A DNA stretch of 61,452 nucleotides, the filler included, from Sphacelaria rigidula (taxonomy: Eukaryota), in assembly GCA_964200075.2 (NCBI GenBank). It is 9 parts of 9 records of this genome, joined end to end, with 100 filler letters (N's around TTAATTAATTAA, not from the genome) between each part and the next. Parts side by side here need not be neighbours in the genome. Positions count along the whole stretch, not along the records: positions 1 to 6,740 come from CAXNAA020018318.1; positions 6,841 to 13,579 come from CAXNAA020018319.1; 7 more parts are not named here. One strand, 5' to 3'. Position 1 is the stretch's first letter; each line of letters starts with the position of its first letter. Below the pieces are notes generated by a model. The model did no database searches. It was given only the letters and a program-made list of their open reading frames with translations, and was not told the origin of the DNA. The position numbers and the translations under genes were made by a program. Below are positions 1-12,542 of this stretch, piece after piece.

Positions 1-389
1 ATATACAGGTGAAGGAAGGGGGGGGGGGTTAGGCGGGCGTGGGAGGGGGAAGGGGGGGAGGGGGGGGGGTTCTCAAGCTGCTCTTCACCTTGTATTGAGC
101 GCGAAGAAGAACGATCGTCTGGTGTTTGGAATAGCAGACCACCATCCTGGGTGTGTGTTGGTTCAAAATTCAAGTAGTTTCACGAGATCTATCGATTTCG
201 GTTTGTGACAGAGGTGGCCTGAGCCCACCCCCAGTACACCTCCAGTACACCGTGTACCGTGTAGAGTACAGTCCGCACTCGGAGACCAACCGGCACCAGC
301 CGACTAAGGCACGCGAGTGGAACGTTTAGACAACGACAGGGGAAGAGGCAGACAACCAGCGACGGGAAGACTGAAGAGCCGGGAAGGCA

Positions 390-700
390 TCGTTTGCATC
401 CCGGTCGTTTCGCCGCCCCGTTTGCCACGAGTGTATGCACGTACTTTGTACTGCTGTCAGTCCAGCACGGAGCTGCACTGTGCGACAGCACCTGGCAACG
501 CCCTTCTGGACTGATGCGGACTGAACACATATTTTGGTTACAGTGTCGAAGTGATGCTCGGTTGCTTCATGTTTTCTTGATCTTGATACCCCGTGTCAGC
601 CTCATGCTATTAGATGCTCAAGGTTTGGTCGCTCGTGAAACCTCGGCGGTGCTCTCCTTGAAGGCTGTCGCACCGCACAACGAAGGTCTTGTTCCATAAC
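390..700 (-). pseudogene. Eroded copia RT N-terminal remnant
   Basis: SPEGR...WTDSSTKYVHTLVANGAAKRPG resembles PxG...KxDxxGxxxKYKARLVAxGxxQxPG. Judged by eye; stop codons present. Confidence 0.4.
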
Positions 701-1531
701 GTAGGATCGCGGTCTCAACGTGTATTGGTACCAGCGAGGTTTGATGGCGTGTACTTGTTCCAGGTCTCGCTCACCCGAGCTCTTGTTTTTTCTTGTTGAG
801 TCATTTATGTGTTCGGTGTACTCACACAAGGGCCACAATGATTGATCCCCAGGTGAGTACCGTTGGTGATCGCGGGCATGATCTCTGAAGGTGTGCAAGT
901 AGGAGCAGAAAACAACACACACGACAACCGTTGGTATGCGATCTGAGATTTTTTCTCGCATCACGCTCAACAGTGGAGAGGTACCATGTCGTGAGTGCAC
1001 AAAATTCAATTTCACGCCCGACGAGGGAAAGGGAACGTCGCATCCTTCTCGCGACGTGATGGAGGGCAAGCACCGCACAAGGAAAGTGGAGTATCAAATA
1101 ACGATTAAAGATAATCCTCTGTTGTCACTCCGACTGATGCGCCCACATACAACAACATTTTCGTGAAATTGAGAGTAGAGCGCTAATGGAGGGTGGCCTT
1201 CATCATTTGCTTCAACTTGGCGAATTTTTCATTCCGCGTGTGCTTTTCTTTGCCTCGATCAGTCATGTGCTTACAGCTACACGTCGATATCCTAATGAAA
1301 GATATCAAGGGCCTCAGTCAGGGGCAAGCTAGTGCAGAAAGCATATTGGGCCTCGTGGAGGGGCATTTCGGAACTGCAACGATTCATTTACTAATTGACC
1401 GCTTTTCACTCTCAATCGTATCCTCTACTCTCAATCTCCCGATAATATTGTTACACACCGACAGGTGTAGCCTGGTGTCCTGAATAGATGGGATGACAAC
1501 ATAGACATTTTCACACACATACGCTGCCGTC

Positions 1532-1950
1532 TAGAGCTCGGAAATGGTACCAGTTATAACTGGCCATCATCATTATAATGGTAATAATGGCAATGGTTGT
1601 ATGAAAAAATTGGATAATGGTTTTAAACCATTATTTACCGTTATTACCGACTTTAGAAGCCACTACCGACTAGGTATAATTCATACAACCCTTGAAAATT
1701 GGCCAAACTTTTTTGTGTCTTTTAGCTCTAGTGGAGCCAAATTGTGTGAAAACATGCCTTCGGCACGGCGCCTCCACTAGGGCCCTCCGGGGGCGCCTCC
1801 GGCTGGGCCTTCTCTGGCCGGGAAAGCTTTTTGGCTCGCGGTTGCGCCCCCCGATGACCAAACCATCATGTACCATTTTACTGGTTCATGAGTGCGTTAC
1901 GCGTAACCATTCAACTGGTTGATGCTTAGACAAACCATTTCCGAGCCCTA
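1532..1950. mobile_element. hAT-type MITE (419 bp)
   Basis: 17-bp TIRs TAG(A/G)GCTCGGAAATGGT with one mismatch, a perfect 8-bp TSD CTGCCGTC (1524-1531, 1951-1958) and subterminal AATGG/CCATT repeats. Confidence 0.9.
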
Positions 1951-1958
1951 CTGCCGTC

Positions 1959-2040
1959 GCGACCCGGTGGTCTAAATTACGATGGTCCGACTGTCACCAT
2001 TAGGGTGAAAAGAACGAGGGTTCGAATCCCGATGCGTTGG
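1959..2040 (+). pseudogene. tRNA-like remnant (possibly Asp-GTC derived) or head of a second SINE family
   Basis: GGTGGTCTA A-box-like motif, CTGTCAC anticodon-loop-like heptamer and GGTTCGAATCCC B box. The acceptor stem is not intact. Confidence 0.4.
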
Positions 2041-3154
2041 TTTTTTTCTCCGTAGTATCTGATTTCCATCGTCGGAAGCATCTCGTGAGTAAACAAAAAG
2101 CAGTTGACTGATTCTGTTTGACGTGAGTTGACGCGGTTCGGGAGTGCTGATAGTCATGACCCATTCCGCGAGACTAGAATGCAAAGCGTGTACCGGGAAG
2201 AGATGGTTTGGTCCCTTAAGACCACGAACCAATCCCGAGGTTCAAAGAGGGCTAGACACAAAAAAGGAAACGTGCCATCAGGTCATGACGTCGACTGTAG
2301 CATTGTTTTTCTGGCAAGGGTTCGATAATACCTTCTTTTGGGCTGTTGAAATGGAAAATGACCACCTTCCATCCAAATCTAGAAACCGAGTGGTGGCGTT
2401 GTTTGTTGCCTTGAAACCGGCGGTGTTAAGGTGTTGACCATTTCGCTGATCCACCGCAGAAATTCGTGAAAAAACGGATCTCGCGTGTTCTGCGTATGCA
2501 TGCATATTCCGTTCTACTCTTCGCTGAGACCTCACGGTTCAAAAAGCGGTCAAGCGAATCCCCGATGGCAGCTGCTGGTGTCCATGACATTCGATATGGA
2601 ATTGAATCTTGAAACGCTGTGACACCCGATGTACACTAGCCTCTTTGTTGAAAAACATCATTTTTTTTTTTTCAACTAGTCTCAGAGCGAGCTGTTTGTG
2701 ACTTGGTTCCGGTATTATCAAGCATGTTGACCACATCGGCTAGGCGAGTTTACCGCAACCCGTCACCCCTAATCCATCGGTGAACATCGTTTGTTTCGGG
2801 GACGAATAATGAGAGGTGACTTCACTTGGTAGTTGACAGATATTTCTCGGAAATTTGTGTTGAGTGCAGGTGCTGACGCATTTCGAGTAACACTAACCCT
2901 AACGCTAACCCTCACCCCAACCCCAACGAAGACATACCGAGAACCCCTAAGGGGGTGCGACCTGTTCCCTAGGTGAAGTGTTCGTTGCCAGACCCCAGGC
3001 GCCGATGTAGACAATGACGCGTTCTGCGCACGCTAGGCGCATAGCCCCGTTCAAAGATCCGGATTTCGATGTCTACACTAAAATCCAATTCTGCACCTGT
3101 CCACGAGCCGTAAATTTCCGAGAACTATCTGTCAACTACAAAGTGGTGAAGTCT

Positions 3155-4875
3155 ACTGAACAATCGATGCAGACATAGCTGGACGTTCGTCGATCACAAA
3201 CAGGTATAGGTTTTACCGCACTACACACGCATGAATTATAGGCCATGTGATGGGTCGCGACTACCGTACACCTGGTCTTGGAGAAAACAGCCACAGGTAT
3301 ACCTGAGTCTGTCGTCTCTTCTTCGAAACCTGTACCTGTTTGTGGCGGAATGCCAGGGGCTGAAATGCCATACTCCATCTTGTCCAACTGTGGCAAAACA
3401 ACGATGGGCCGTAGACGTCCGAGCTCCTCCAACAAGATACACTCTTCGGAAAGTACGGTATGTGTTTCAATCTCCGAAGGAAAGTCCGATTGTGTCCATG
3501 CGGAGGCTGGTCTGCCAAGTTCGCCCGCGACAGACAACTCATGCTTGCTAACAATCACAATCATGCGCGACGAGTGCTGCCAAAAAGGAAGAGTCCAAGG
3601 GTCGGACGAATTAATGATTTGTCCGATAAGTACTTGATTCGTATAGTACGGATCAATCCTTGGGCTTTATTTTCAGCGTTGCAACCCAGGTACGCGCAGC
3701 CCAGGCACGTCGAATGGCGCAGAATTTGCGTGGAGACCTGTTTGACCAGCGGTCGACTTTTTTCTCTCTTTTGAGCAATCAGGCCTAACAAGTCGTGGAA
3801 TTGGTTATTGGAACCGGCGACGATTCCTCTAAACCGTGGAAGAGTCGCACAAGCCAAAGGCCTAAAGAATCGTGCCCACAGTACTCCTGCGACCTATGAT
3901 GAACCATCGAGGCGAAGACGCAGAAGGTAAAAGAGCATCGCCATTGTACAATAGTAACAATATCGATGGCAAGCGCTTGTCTTCGTCGTGTGACCATTAA
4001 CCACGCATCCCTTTCGAGACGGAGCAGGGGGGGGGGGGGTACTCATTTGTTTCTTGCCTTGGTCGTTTGACCGTTGACTACGCATCCCTTTCGAGGCGGC
4101 GCACCGCAGTGGGTGGGGGGGGGGAGTAATGATACAATCGTAACCGTCCAGACAGTAACCGTATAGTGCACCATCACCGGTGTTTTGTGCGCGGCAATGC
4201 CGAATCTAGAGCAATCTACTTTGCTCTACCGTACTGTCCGGTCATACGTGCATACATGATACATCGTACACAGTACAAACACTTGCCATCGACAACACGG
4301 CTACCAGCAGTGCTTTTTCACCGCCTGCTTTTCCGCTGTGATATATTGCCTTCCGTCGGAGGGTTGTTGCAGGCAAGACCTTTTCAGGCTTTTGGCTTGC
4401 GTGACTCTTCCTTGTTGGCAGCACTCGTCGCGCATGATTCTGATTGTCCGTAAGCATGAGTTGTCTGTCGCGGTTGAACTCGGCAGACCAGCCTCCGCGT
4501 GGACAGTCGGAGCTTTATTCGGAGGAAACACATGTTGTATTTTTCGACGAATGTATCTTGTTGGAGGAGCTCGAACGTCTACTGCCCATCGTTGTTGTGC
4601 CATTATTGGGCAAAATGGAAAATGACATTTCAGCTACTCGGAATCGGCCACAAAAAGGTACAATTTCCACCGTGTTGAGATTACAGTAGGAATTTCAGGT
4701 ACAGGCTTCAAAGAGGAGACGACAGACTCAAGTGTACATGCGGCTGTTCTCTCTTAGACCAGTTATATGGTGGTTTCGGTCAATCACATGGCCTAAAAAT
4801 CACGTGCATATATTTTGGAACAGCCTATGCCTGTTCTGTGATCGAAGAACGTCCAGCTCGTATACCTGCATCTGT
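3155..4875. repeat. Two inverted, diverged copies of a ~450-bp repeat (~3155-3600 and ~4400-4875); its continuation ~3597-3845 recurs at ~9207-9475 and 54555-54613
   Basis: Reverse-complement similarity is visible in the DNA and in paired spurious ORFs (VHAEAGLPSS.ATDNSCL on opposite strands). TTTCAGCGTTGCA.CCCAG occurs on three contigs. Confidence 0.8.
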
Positions 4876-5416
4876 CGTTTGCCCTGGTGTTATTTTCCAT
4901 CCCGAAGTCCAACCGTAACCCGAATCCAGTGTAGATTGAGAGCTCTCGGGCAAGAGGGGTACAGAAGGTCCGTACTGATCGGGTGCGTTTGTAGAGCCCA
5001 AATCGGCGCCTGCGGGTGACCGTCAGCCCTCCGCAGATCCGGTATGATTTCACTCGCTGAAATAAACTATATGGCTTCCTGTTCCTTCTTTTCTTCAGAG
5101 CGTGTTCCAGTTTCGTGTTTATTTGGTACGTCTATAACGAGACCACGGCTGGACCTCTGGGGGGTCACTTGAAGTACGACAATCAATCAATAAAAAGAAC
5201 GGCCTTCCCCTCGTTCCAAAACTCCCCACCTCACCCCACACCGAACCCCCACACCCTAACTTCATTATCCATGAGCCGTACATGTGTAGTTGTTATACAA
5301 TTGTGCAATGGTACCAGTCTAGCGGGGGAATACTGAGTTTCTCATCTCTACCATGCGATTGGGGCGACAGATTGACGGTCATAGTCATGCCGAGGGACTC
5401 ATGTCGCCTTGCACCC

Positions 5417-5417
<1 letters not shown>

Positions 5418-5460
<43 letters not shown>
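5418..5460 (+). repeat. (GTT)14 microsatellite; other simple repeats at ~11757-11799 (ACATT), 16324-16348 (TA), ~34987-35038 (GGTY), ~35136-35170 (GATGGTAG), 59641-59669 (CGATTCAGT x3)
   Basis: Read directly from the sequence. Confidence 0.95.
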
Positions 5461-5461
<1 letters not shown>

Positions 5462-6060
5462 GTGCTGTCATGGATGACGTGCTGTGCTCCATCCTGATTC
5501 AAGACGATTTCGAGGCGGGTCCTCCTTTCTTTTTTCGGCGCTTGTCGAATGTATCTTACCCCCGTGCATTTCCTGTTTCATGTGCAAAACTGCTGTTTTG
5601 TTGTTGTCACGGCACTTTTTCGATTTAATGGCACGTGTATTTCCCCGAGCTCTAAGACGAACAATACAATATCTTTTTGGTAGTCCTTCGTAGCAAGGAC
5701 TCGTCGCTGTTTGGCTGTAGATATTGAAGACCCCAAAGCCATGTGGTGAGAGGCAGGCTATTTTTAGTTTGTTGAGTTTGTTTTTGTTCCGTTTCGTTTC
5801 GTTCTTTACTACTTTTTTTTTTTTGCTTTTCGTTTTTTAGTAGTCTACTCTGTCTGTTTTACCTTTCTGTTTTCTTTCCTTTTCTTTCAGCGAGTGTTTC
5901 TACAATATTTTGTCTTCGTCTCGAGTACTGGCTGTACTGTCTATCTCGTGACCTCATCACGACTGGATTATGACTACCTTAGGCATCAGTTACAACACTG
6001 CCACAATCCATCGATCAATCAATCAATTCTCAACGTACTTTCCTTCGTCTGTTGTCCCAG

Positions 6061-6199
6061 GAGGAATACATAAAGGACGAGATGAAGAATCTAAAGCGCG
6101 AGCTGATTCGGGCAAAGGAGGAGATCAAGCGGATACAGTCTGTTCCCCTTGTAATCGGGCAGTTCAACGAAATCATCGACGCCAACTACGGTATCGTGG
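6061..6199 (+). CDS. RPT3: Internal exon of 26S proteasome AAA-ATPase RPT3 (regulatory subunit 6B/PSMC4); partial gene
   Basis: Translates [46 protein letters not shown](G), matching the RPT3 coiled-coil/OB junction. Pyrimidine tract and CAG acceptor end at 6060; GTGAGT donor at 6200. This frame is missing from the ORF track. Confidence 0.92.
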
Positions 6200-6740
6200 G
6201 TGAGTCAATTCTACACTAATAGCAGTCTGATGTTTGCATGACAATATGTTGCACAACATACCCCGGATAACGGCAATATGTTGCATTGTCAAAAAGTGTA
6301 CCGCGTACAGTATCGACTATTGCATCTATTGCAATAGACGATAGGTTCTGCACTGTGCGCAATACATTTTTTACTATGTTAACCAAATGACATTTTCCAA
6401 AGTGTGGAGCACAACGAAGATGTTTCCTACTTGAGTCCCGCGGTGCTTCCCGCCCCTCGAACGCTCTCGTGATTCCCACATACACCGCTGTGTTTTTGCA
6501 CTCCCTTTTGGCACCTGTCGCGGCGTGGAGAGCACGTTCTTGGTGTTTCTAGGGTTCCGTAACTCCGGTCCGCTACACATCCACGAGATGGCACTTCGCG
6601 GGATCAACAGCCTTTGCTACGTATGTGGTCACCACCAGAGGCCCATCCCTCTCCAAGGAGTGATGCCTCGGTAGCCCCCCCCCCCCCCCAAACAAAAAAA
6701 AACCCAAAAACGTTAACGAAAAAAAAGACAACAAGGCAAA

Positions 6741-6840
6741 NNNNNNNNNNNNNNNNNNNNNNNNNNNNNNNNNNNNNNNNNNNNTTAATTAATTAANNNN
6801 NNNNNNNNNNNNNNNNNNNNNNNNNNNNNNNNNNNNNNNN
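6741..6840. other. Artificial contig linker (N44-TTAATTAATTAA-N44); identical linkers at 13580-13679, 20419-20518, 27258-27357, 34097-34196, 40936-41035, 47775-47874, 54614-54713
   Basis: Eight identical 100-nt spacers carrying stop codons in all six frames separate segments of 6740/6739 bp, as expected for length-sorted contigs that were concatenated. Confidence 0.98.
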
Positions 6841-8291
6841 TCCGAGAATCGAACCCCCCAACTCAACCATCAGAAGGTTACGAGGTTACCAACTGAGCCA
6901 CCGGGGCGACCGGCTCGATCTGTTTGCGTCTTGTTACTCCCGTACAGACAGTAGTAGTATTTTCAGCACGAGTACGTATCACTTGTTTCCCCCTGTATTG
7001 GACGCTGGCTTCATTCCCATCACCAGCAGCAGCCACGCGTGCGAGACACACCCGACGTGCACAGCTCGCACAGAGAGATGCGCGCAGCTATATATCCCAG
7101 CACTCAGCCTAGTGAGCAAGCATAGACCTATCGACGGGTAGTACGGACCAGCGCTTTCCAGCACGTTGGTCATCACGTGCAAGGTGCATGGGGGTTGTAG
7201 CACGATCGAAACGCGAACAGTTTCTCTCATGAGTAAGAACGGAACGGCCGCGGCAGCAGCAGCAGTATCGGCACCGGCTGATTTAGACCCACCCCCAGCC
7301 GCGTACATGTACTGGCAATGACGATGCTGCTGATACTGCTGCTGTTCCTTCTTCTCGTGCGGAAGGCGGTCTGCGCTTTGACCTGTGACAATACCCATAC
7401 CCCCCTGCGCGTGATTGCCGCCCTCCTTGAAGTCACTGGTCTGTGCGCCGCGTTTAACGCAACGGTGTATTCGCGTTTGTGCACACAATCATTTTCATCA
7501 TTTCCTGCCCTCGATTGGAACGGCGCGTGATTTCTCGTGATAATGAAATTGTGAACCGTCACTTCACTATCACTATCACGAAATGATCATCATTTTCTTT
7601 GTTTCGTTAAAACACCGCTTTAGGTCCATTTTTGTGTACCCACGACCAAGTCGCTCTCCACTGTTGTTGGGCATTGTGTGGGAAAAAATCTCAGATCGCC
7701 CCGAGATTCGAACGCACAACCCAACCGTCAGAAGGATTTGAGGATACCAACTGAGCCACCGGGGCGACCGGCTTATGAGTAACTCGACAAAACCTAGGGC
7801 TGTGAACTCGCAGCTCTGGCCAGTCAAGGTTTGAACTGGCCTCTGGCGCGGCCAGTACTACATTGATGTTTTCGCAGTTACATTTCGCCGATGAACCGGA
7901 TTAACATAGGCGGCGAGCGGCGAAGCCGCGAGCACCAACGCCCCCTCCCGGCTCGTGCGGGGGGCTCGCAGGTGCGCCGCAGGAGGCAAGAAAAATGTGG
8001 CATTCGCTAGTATTCGGCTCGTTTTCGATTCAAAAATGCATATTATGCCGTAAAAAATGTAAAATGTGACCCCTCAAGTTGGGTAGCTGAGATGCTTTGA
8101 TGGCAATCGAATCCCGCCATTCAAAGCGGTGAGCGATTCGAAAATCATTCATCTGTAGCATGCAGCAGCAGACTTTCGGTGAGGAGCGGAGGACAGGAAC
8201 AGGAAGCCAAGACTGACAGCGCGTGGGGATGAGAGCGCAAAAATATCCACGTCCAGGCCGACGAAACGCAACAGCATGTAGTAGTTCAATA

Positions 8292-8722
8292 ACATGGCAC
8301 AGGCTGAATCCCTTTCTGAGGTTCAACATTTGGGTGAGGTTCAACTCGAAAACAGTGCTGTCCCTGACCTAAAGTCATGACCAATTGATTTCATATGGAC
8401 GGTCTCATGCCCCCCGACCTCCTTGAAACTATTTTTGAGGGTTACCTGTCTTCCATGCCCCCGAAGCATATATGCGAAATCACCATTTTCGGGTTGAGGA
8501 CGTCCCCTTTTTCGCCCCGATATCGAGGCAAAAAGGTGCTTTCGCACACACGCTTTAGGGGCACGGAAGGCGGGCAACCCCCCCAAGAAGATATAAGGAG
8601 GTCGGGGGGCATGAGGTCATCCATATGAAATTCCTTGATGACTTTAGGTCAGGGAAAGCACTGTTGTTGTTTTCGAGTTGAACCTCATTTTAACCTCAAG
8701 AAGAACGGATCCAGGCTGCCAT
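8292..8722. repeat. Long foldback/MITE; core 8335-8687 with ~160-bp inverted arms
   Basis: TGAGGTTCAACTCGAAAAC...CCCTGACCTAAAGTCAT...CTCATGCCCCCCGACCTCCTT mirrors 8595-8687, and weaker symmetry extends outward. No clear TSD. Confidence 0.85.
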
Positions 8723-9484
8723 GAGGTATTCTGTATTTCGTGGTCGCGGGTTACCGTTTGTTTGTCGTTCGTATTCGTATGTCGTGCGATGAAACACGAA
8801 GCTTGACATATGTACATGTATCCGCAATATCAATTCGAGGTGTAGCGAGCACGTGCTGCATCATGTGCGAAATGCTCTTCATCATGCAATTGACAATTAA
8901 TTGGCGATTGGGGTTTGGCTTTCGGCAGCTCTGCATCAAGCGTCCCGCCGTGTATGAGTCACAACTCATCATATTATTATATATATTTTCCTTCATTTTC
9001 AATATGTGATGGACTAGCCGTCGCGCGTGTAGGCCAAACTTGCGCGTGTACGGCCGAAAAAGACACAAAACTGCAGAGCCACAAGGTACTAACGAAACAG
9101 ATAAGACAAAAATAACAGCAAAAAACTGAAGTAGTCAGCTACTAATTACTGGCTCAGGGCAAACACGTTCTTGACAGCCGACCATCGGAATCGACGATGG
9201 AACTTTTCAAGGGTCGGACAAATACTGATTCGTCTGAAAATTACTTGGTTTTAGTATGACGAGTCGACTTGTGACGAATGAATCCCTAGGCTTAATTTCA
9301 GCGTTGCAGCCCAGGTACACGCAGCCCAGACACGTGGAATGGCGCAAAAGTTGCGTGGACACCCCTTGGACCAGCGATCAACTTTTTTTTCCCCTTTGGG
9401 CAATCAGGCCGAAGAAATCGTGAATAATATATATGGTGATTTTGAGTCGTGATGATTTGTCCTAACCGTGGAACTTTTCATCGA

Positions 9485-9796
9485 GGATGAGAACCCGAAG
9501 GATTGAAATCTTCGCATCCACACCGAATCTTCGAAATATGGTTCTATTCCTTCACCTACTGGTAGCTATTGACAAGTGCTACACGCCATACAATTTTGGA
9601 TTTCGATAACCGAAATTGGATCGCCGAAATTCTCCGGAATTGATTTTTCACTCAAGACCCCAAAATTTCGGTTTCCGATTTTTTTTTTTGTAGGGAATGT
9701 AGCAGTTGTCAATAGACACCAGTACGTGGAGGAATGGAACCATATTTCGAGGATTTCGTGTGGATACGAAGATTGTGATTTTCCGGGTTCTCATCT
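9485..9796. repeat. Foldback MITE with ~130-bp inverted arms
   Basis: GATGAGAACCCG...CGAAATATGGTTC...CTATTGACAA.TGCTACA is mirrored at 9665-9796. The right flank is TTAA and the left TCGA, so a degraded TTAA TSD (Kolobok-like) is possible but not shown. Confidence 0.8.
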
Positions 9797-10049
9797 TTAA
9801 TGTAATGCTCCCTCCATATGATAATCTATTGTAGTTTACTGATTCGTGGGTCATCCCATGGGAACACCCGCCATCATTCTATGAATAAAATGATATTTCT
9901 GTCCTTCCTCCTACGAGTATTATGCTGACACCCGCGATTTCGAAATGGAAACCCGCAATACCTGCCATCAGGCACGTGGAAACTACAAACGGTTTGCTCT
10001 GTCTACTGTCTACTCCCTCGACAGAGAGCCCCAAGAATCTGGTCTGTGG

Positions 10050-10800
10050 GTAGCTTCCACCACCTGCTTTTCGGCGGATAATCATTGTGATCTTACAGTA
10101 GATGGCCAACAGTCGGCCACGTGGGCACCACTACCACCCCATGCTTGTTGGTCGCGTGTGTGTCGACTTGATACGCTTACCCTGCCCAAGTCGGCCGTGG
10201 AGTGGGGGGGATGTTTCCGCAAGCTCGAGACGCGGACCGAAACACCACCCAACCGCATGCATCTCCACTCCCCGCCTGTTGTAAATATCACCCGACCAAA
10301 TGCGTCGCATCACTCCGCTATGTCCTGCTCTCGATCACGGTCACTAGACGGTGCTATTGAATGCGTTTCCTCGGCAATCATTGTCGCTAGCCGCAGCCCA
10401 TGCACCAAACAATCAGTCACGCGCTGTAGATGCATGAGTGATAACGGCCTCCCTTTGCAAGTGTTTCCCTCTCCCCTCCAGAAAAAAAACCACCGTCAAC
10501 AGATTCTGGAACTTCCGCCGAATCAGTAGTACCGTAGGAGAAAGTGGCTGACTGGCGCATGGGTGCCTCGAGGGTGAAAAGCATGCACGACATCTTGGAA
10601 TCGACTCCTTCCAACACACCATGAATCCAAAATCTGCCTCGTATCCAAAATCTACCAAGAGTGCACTGTCTGTGGTTGGTGTGGTATCTTTTACGGCACA
10701 AGAGTCTCGGGGGATTCGAGAACGCTTGTACCGAGTGTCTGTCACTAGTTTTGCTCATCAGTTGCCAGCCTCCCTTCGACATTTCATGCACGGTACATGT
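10050..10800 (-). pseudogene. Eroded Ty3/gypsy integrase remnant
   Basis: RFWIHGV / RCRAC...QPLSP / HTRPTSMG occur in the order expected for the zinc domain and the core HPxxNG. Weak and frameshifted. Confidence 0.35.
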
Positions 10801-11869
10801 ACTTTAATGGGTATGAACCTATTTGGGACAGGCCCTGTGAGCATAAATGCGGGTACCCGAAGGGAGGAAAGTGTACGGCCACGCGACTACGGGGTTCGTG
10901 TACGGCCATTCTGGATAACACCAGTCAATCGAATTAACGTGATATCTTGCACCGTTCATTTGCGACCTGGACGACAAAGCGAAATGCGTCACCGCAGGGA
11001 TCACAGAAGTGATGCGACGAGGTGACAGGGTGAAGATATAATCGAGCTCATAGCTATTCCCTGTATTTGAGAGACGAAATGGGATCACCATCTTACAATT
11101 TTCGGCTTGCCCTCGCATGTGAAAAACACGTATCAGACATAAGGCAGAGTAGTGTGCTGCTCTATGCAGAATCTATCGTACGCAACCAAGTGTCGATGCC
11201 TCTTTCATATTCCAAGGACTGACTCCCCTGCCGTCCACCATCGTACGACAACGACACACCAACTCCCGGATTCTCAACAACGTTGCGAACGACCCCGATT
11301 TGTCAGGATGTCGTTCGAGGGATAGCTGGCGTATACTCCTTTACTACTCGTAGTATGGATTTCAAGGAAGCGCAACGTCACTGTTTTATACGACACCAGC
11401 CTTCTCCTGCGGGGTGTTACACTCCGTCTCCAGGTGGCTACCCCACGGGCCTGGCGGAGGCTGACGCACAAGGACCAGTTCGGCACTTTTCATCATGGAC
11501 AATGTTTTCACCGTTTTGTTATTTCATACCCTAGCTAGCTCCACGCTGGTGACCTTCCGCAAGAAAAATGGAATACCGTCGCCAACCAAACATATCATCC
11601 TGCCCGAAAAATACTTGCGAAGACTGAACCGACTGAGTTGAGGCCAACCTGGGTGCCAAACCCATGGTGCATTACTGCTTGAGCCGAGCTCGCGTTCCGA
11701 AACATGTCCCGTTTGAAAGAAAGCGGGATCTTTCCCTCGTTGATACTGCATATTATATTACATTACATTAAATTACATTACAATACATTACATTACATCA
11801 CGACCGATGCAGCGACATAGCCCCCCTCAGGAGAAGGGGCTGGTTTGAGGAGGCAATGTCCTCATATAA

Positions 11870-12050
11870 ATCAGGACAGCAAAACCCACGCACATGGAGC
11901 AGCTGGGAATCCCCACGTTTGTGATCGTTATCGCCAATGTCGCCGATACTGCATTGCACACGTCATTCAGTCTGAAACCAGTTACCATACGCTGTATAGC
12001 CGTGTTCTTCGTGACAGGTTCGGGGCCGGTTTGGGGTGTGATGTGGCGGA
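11870..12050. repeat. Dispersed repeat; copies at ~14695-14860 (same orientation) and ~37800-37960 (inverted)
   Basis: Shared core TCGCCAATGTCGCC...T(C/T)TGAAACC.G.TA.CAT.CGC. Family not identified. Confidence 0.7.
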
Positions 12051-12542
12051 ATCAATCGCTCTTACGCTCATGTATACATGAAAGACTGCACAATAGCTCC
12101 GACTCTCACCAATAACCAGCAGCGGAAGCGACGGCGCTGGGAGCAGCCTAGGGGGCGAATCCTCAATGCACAGCGTTCACCAACAAGCAGCGGCTGCGTC
12201 GATGGAGGTGAGGATAGGACGCAGGGTTGCTCCGCGTATTTTTTGTACCATGCATATCGAAGACGGTTGAGCCTGCGATGCAAATAGTTCTGTCGCATAA
12301 TGTTCCTTGGTTGTAAATTGAACTCCTGCATTCGGATCTTCGTGAGGCGCACAGTCCTAATGTCCGGATATTGGCTTAGGGATATAACGTCTCTCCGGGT
12401 TTGTGTGTAACTTTGGATCAGAGAAACATGATAGTTGAGATTGCACTTTGTTTTCGTCAGAAAGGAACACTAATCCTAACCCTGAACCCAAACGACGGCG
12501 GGCGAAAAATTCTCGGGGACGGTGGCGGGGATGGAACCTTAG

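Noticed and set aside
5282..5628. PolyQ/polyC/polyL ORFs
   Set aside because: These are translations of the (GTT)n microsatellite with no other coding signal.
6841..7772. Functional tRNA genes
   Set aside because: A and B boxes are present but the cloverleaf stems are broken, and each copy continues into a shared non-tRNA body, so they are SINEs.
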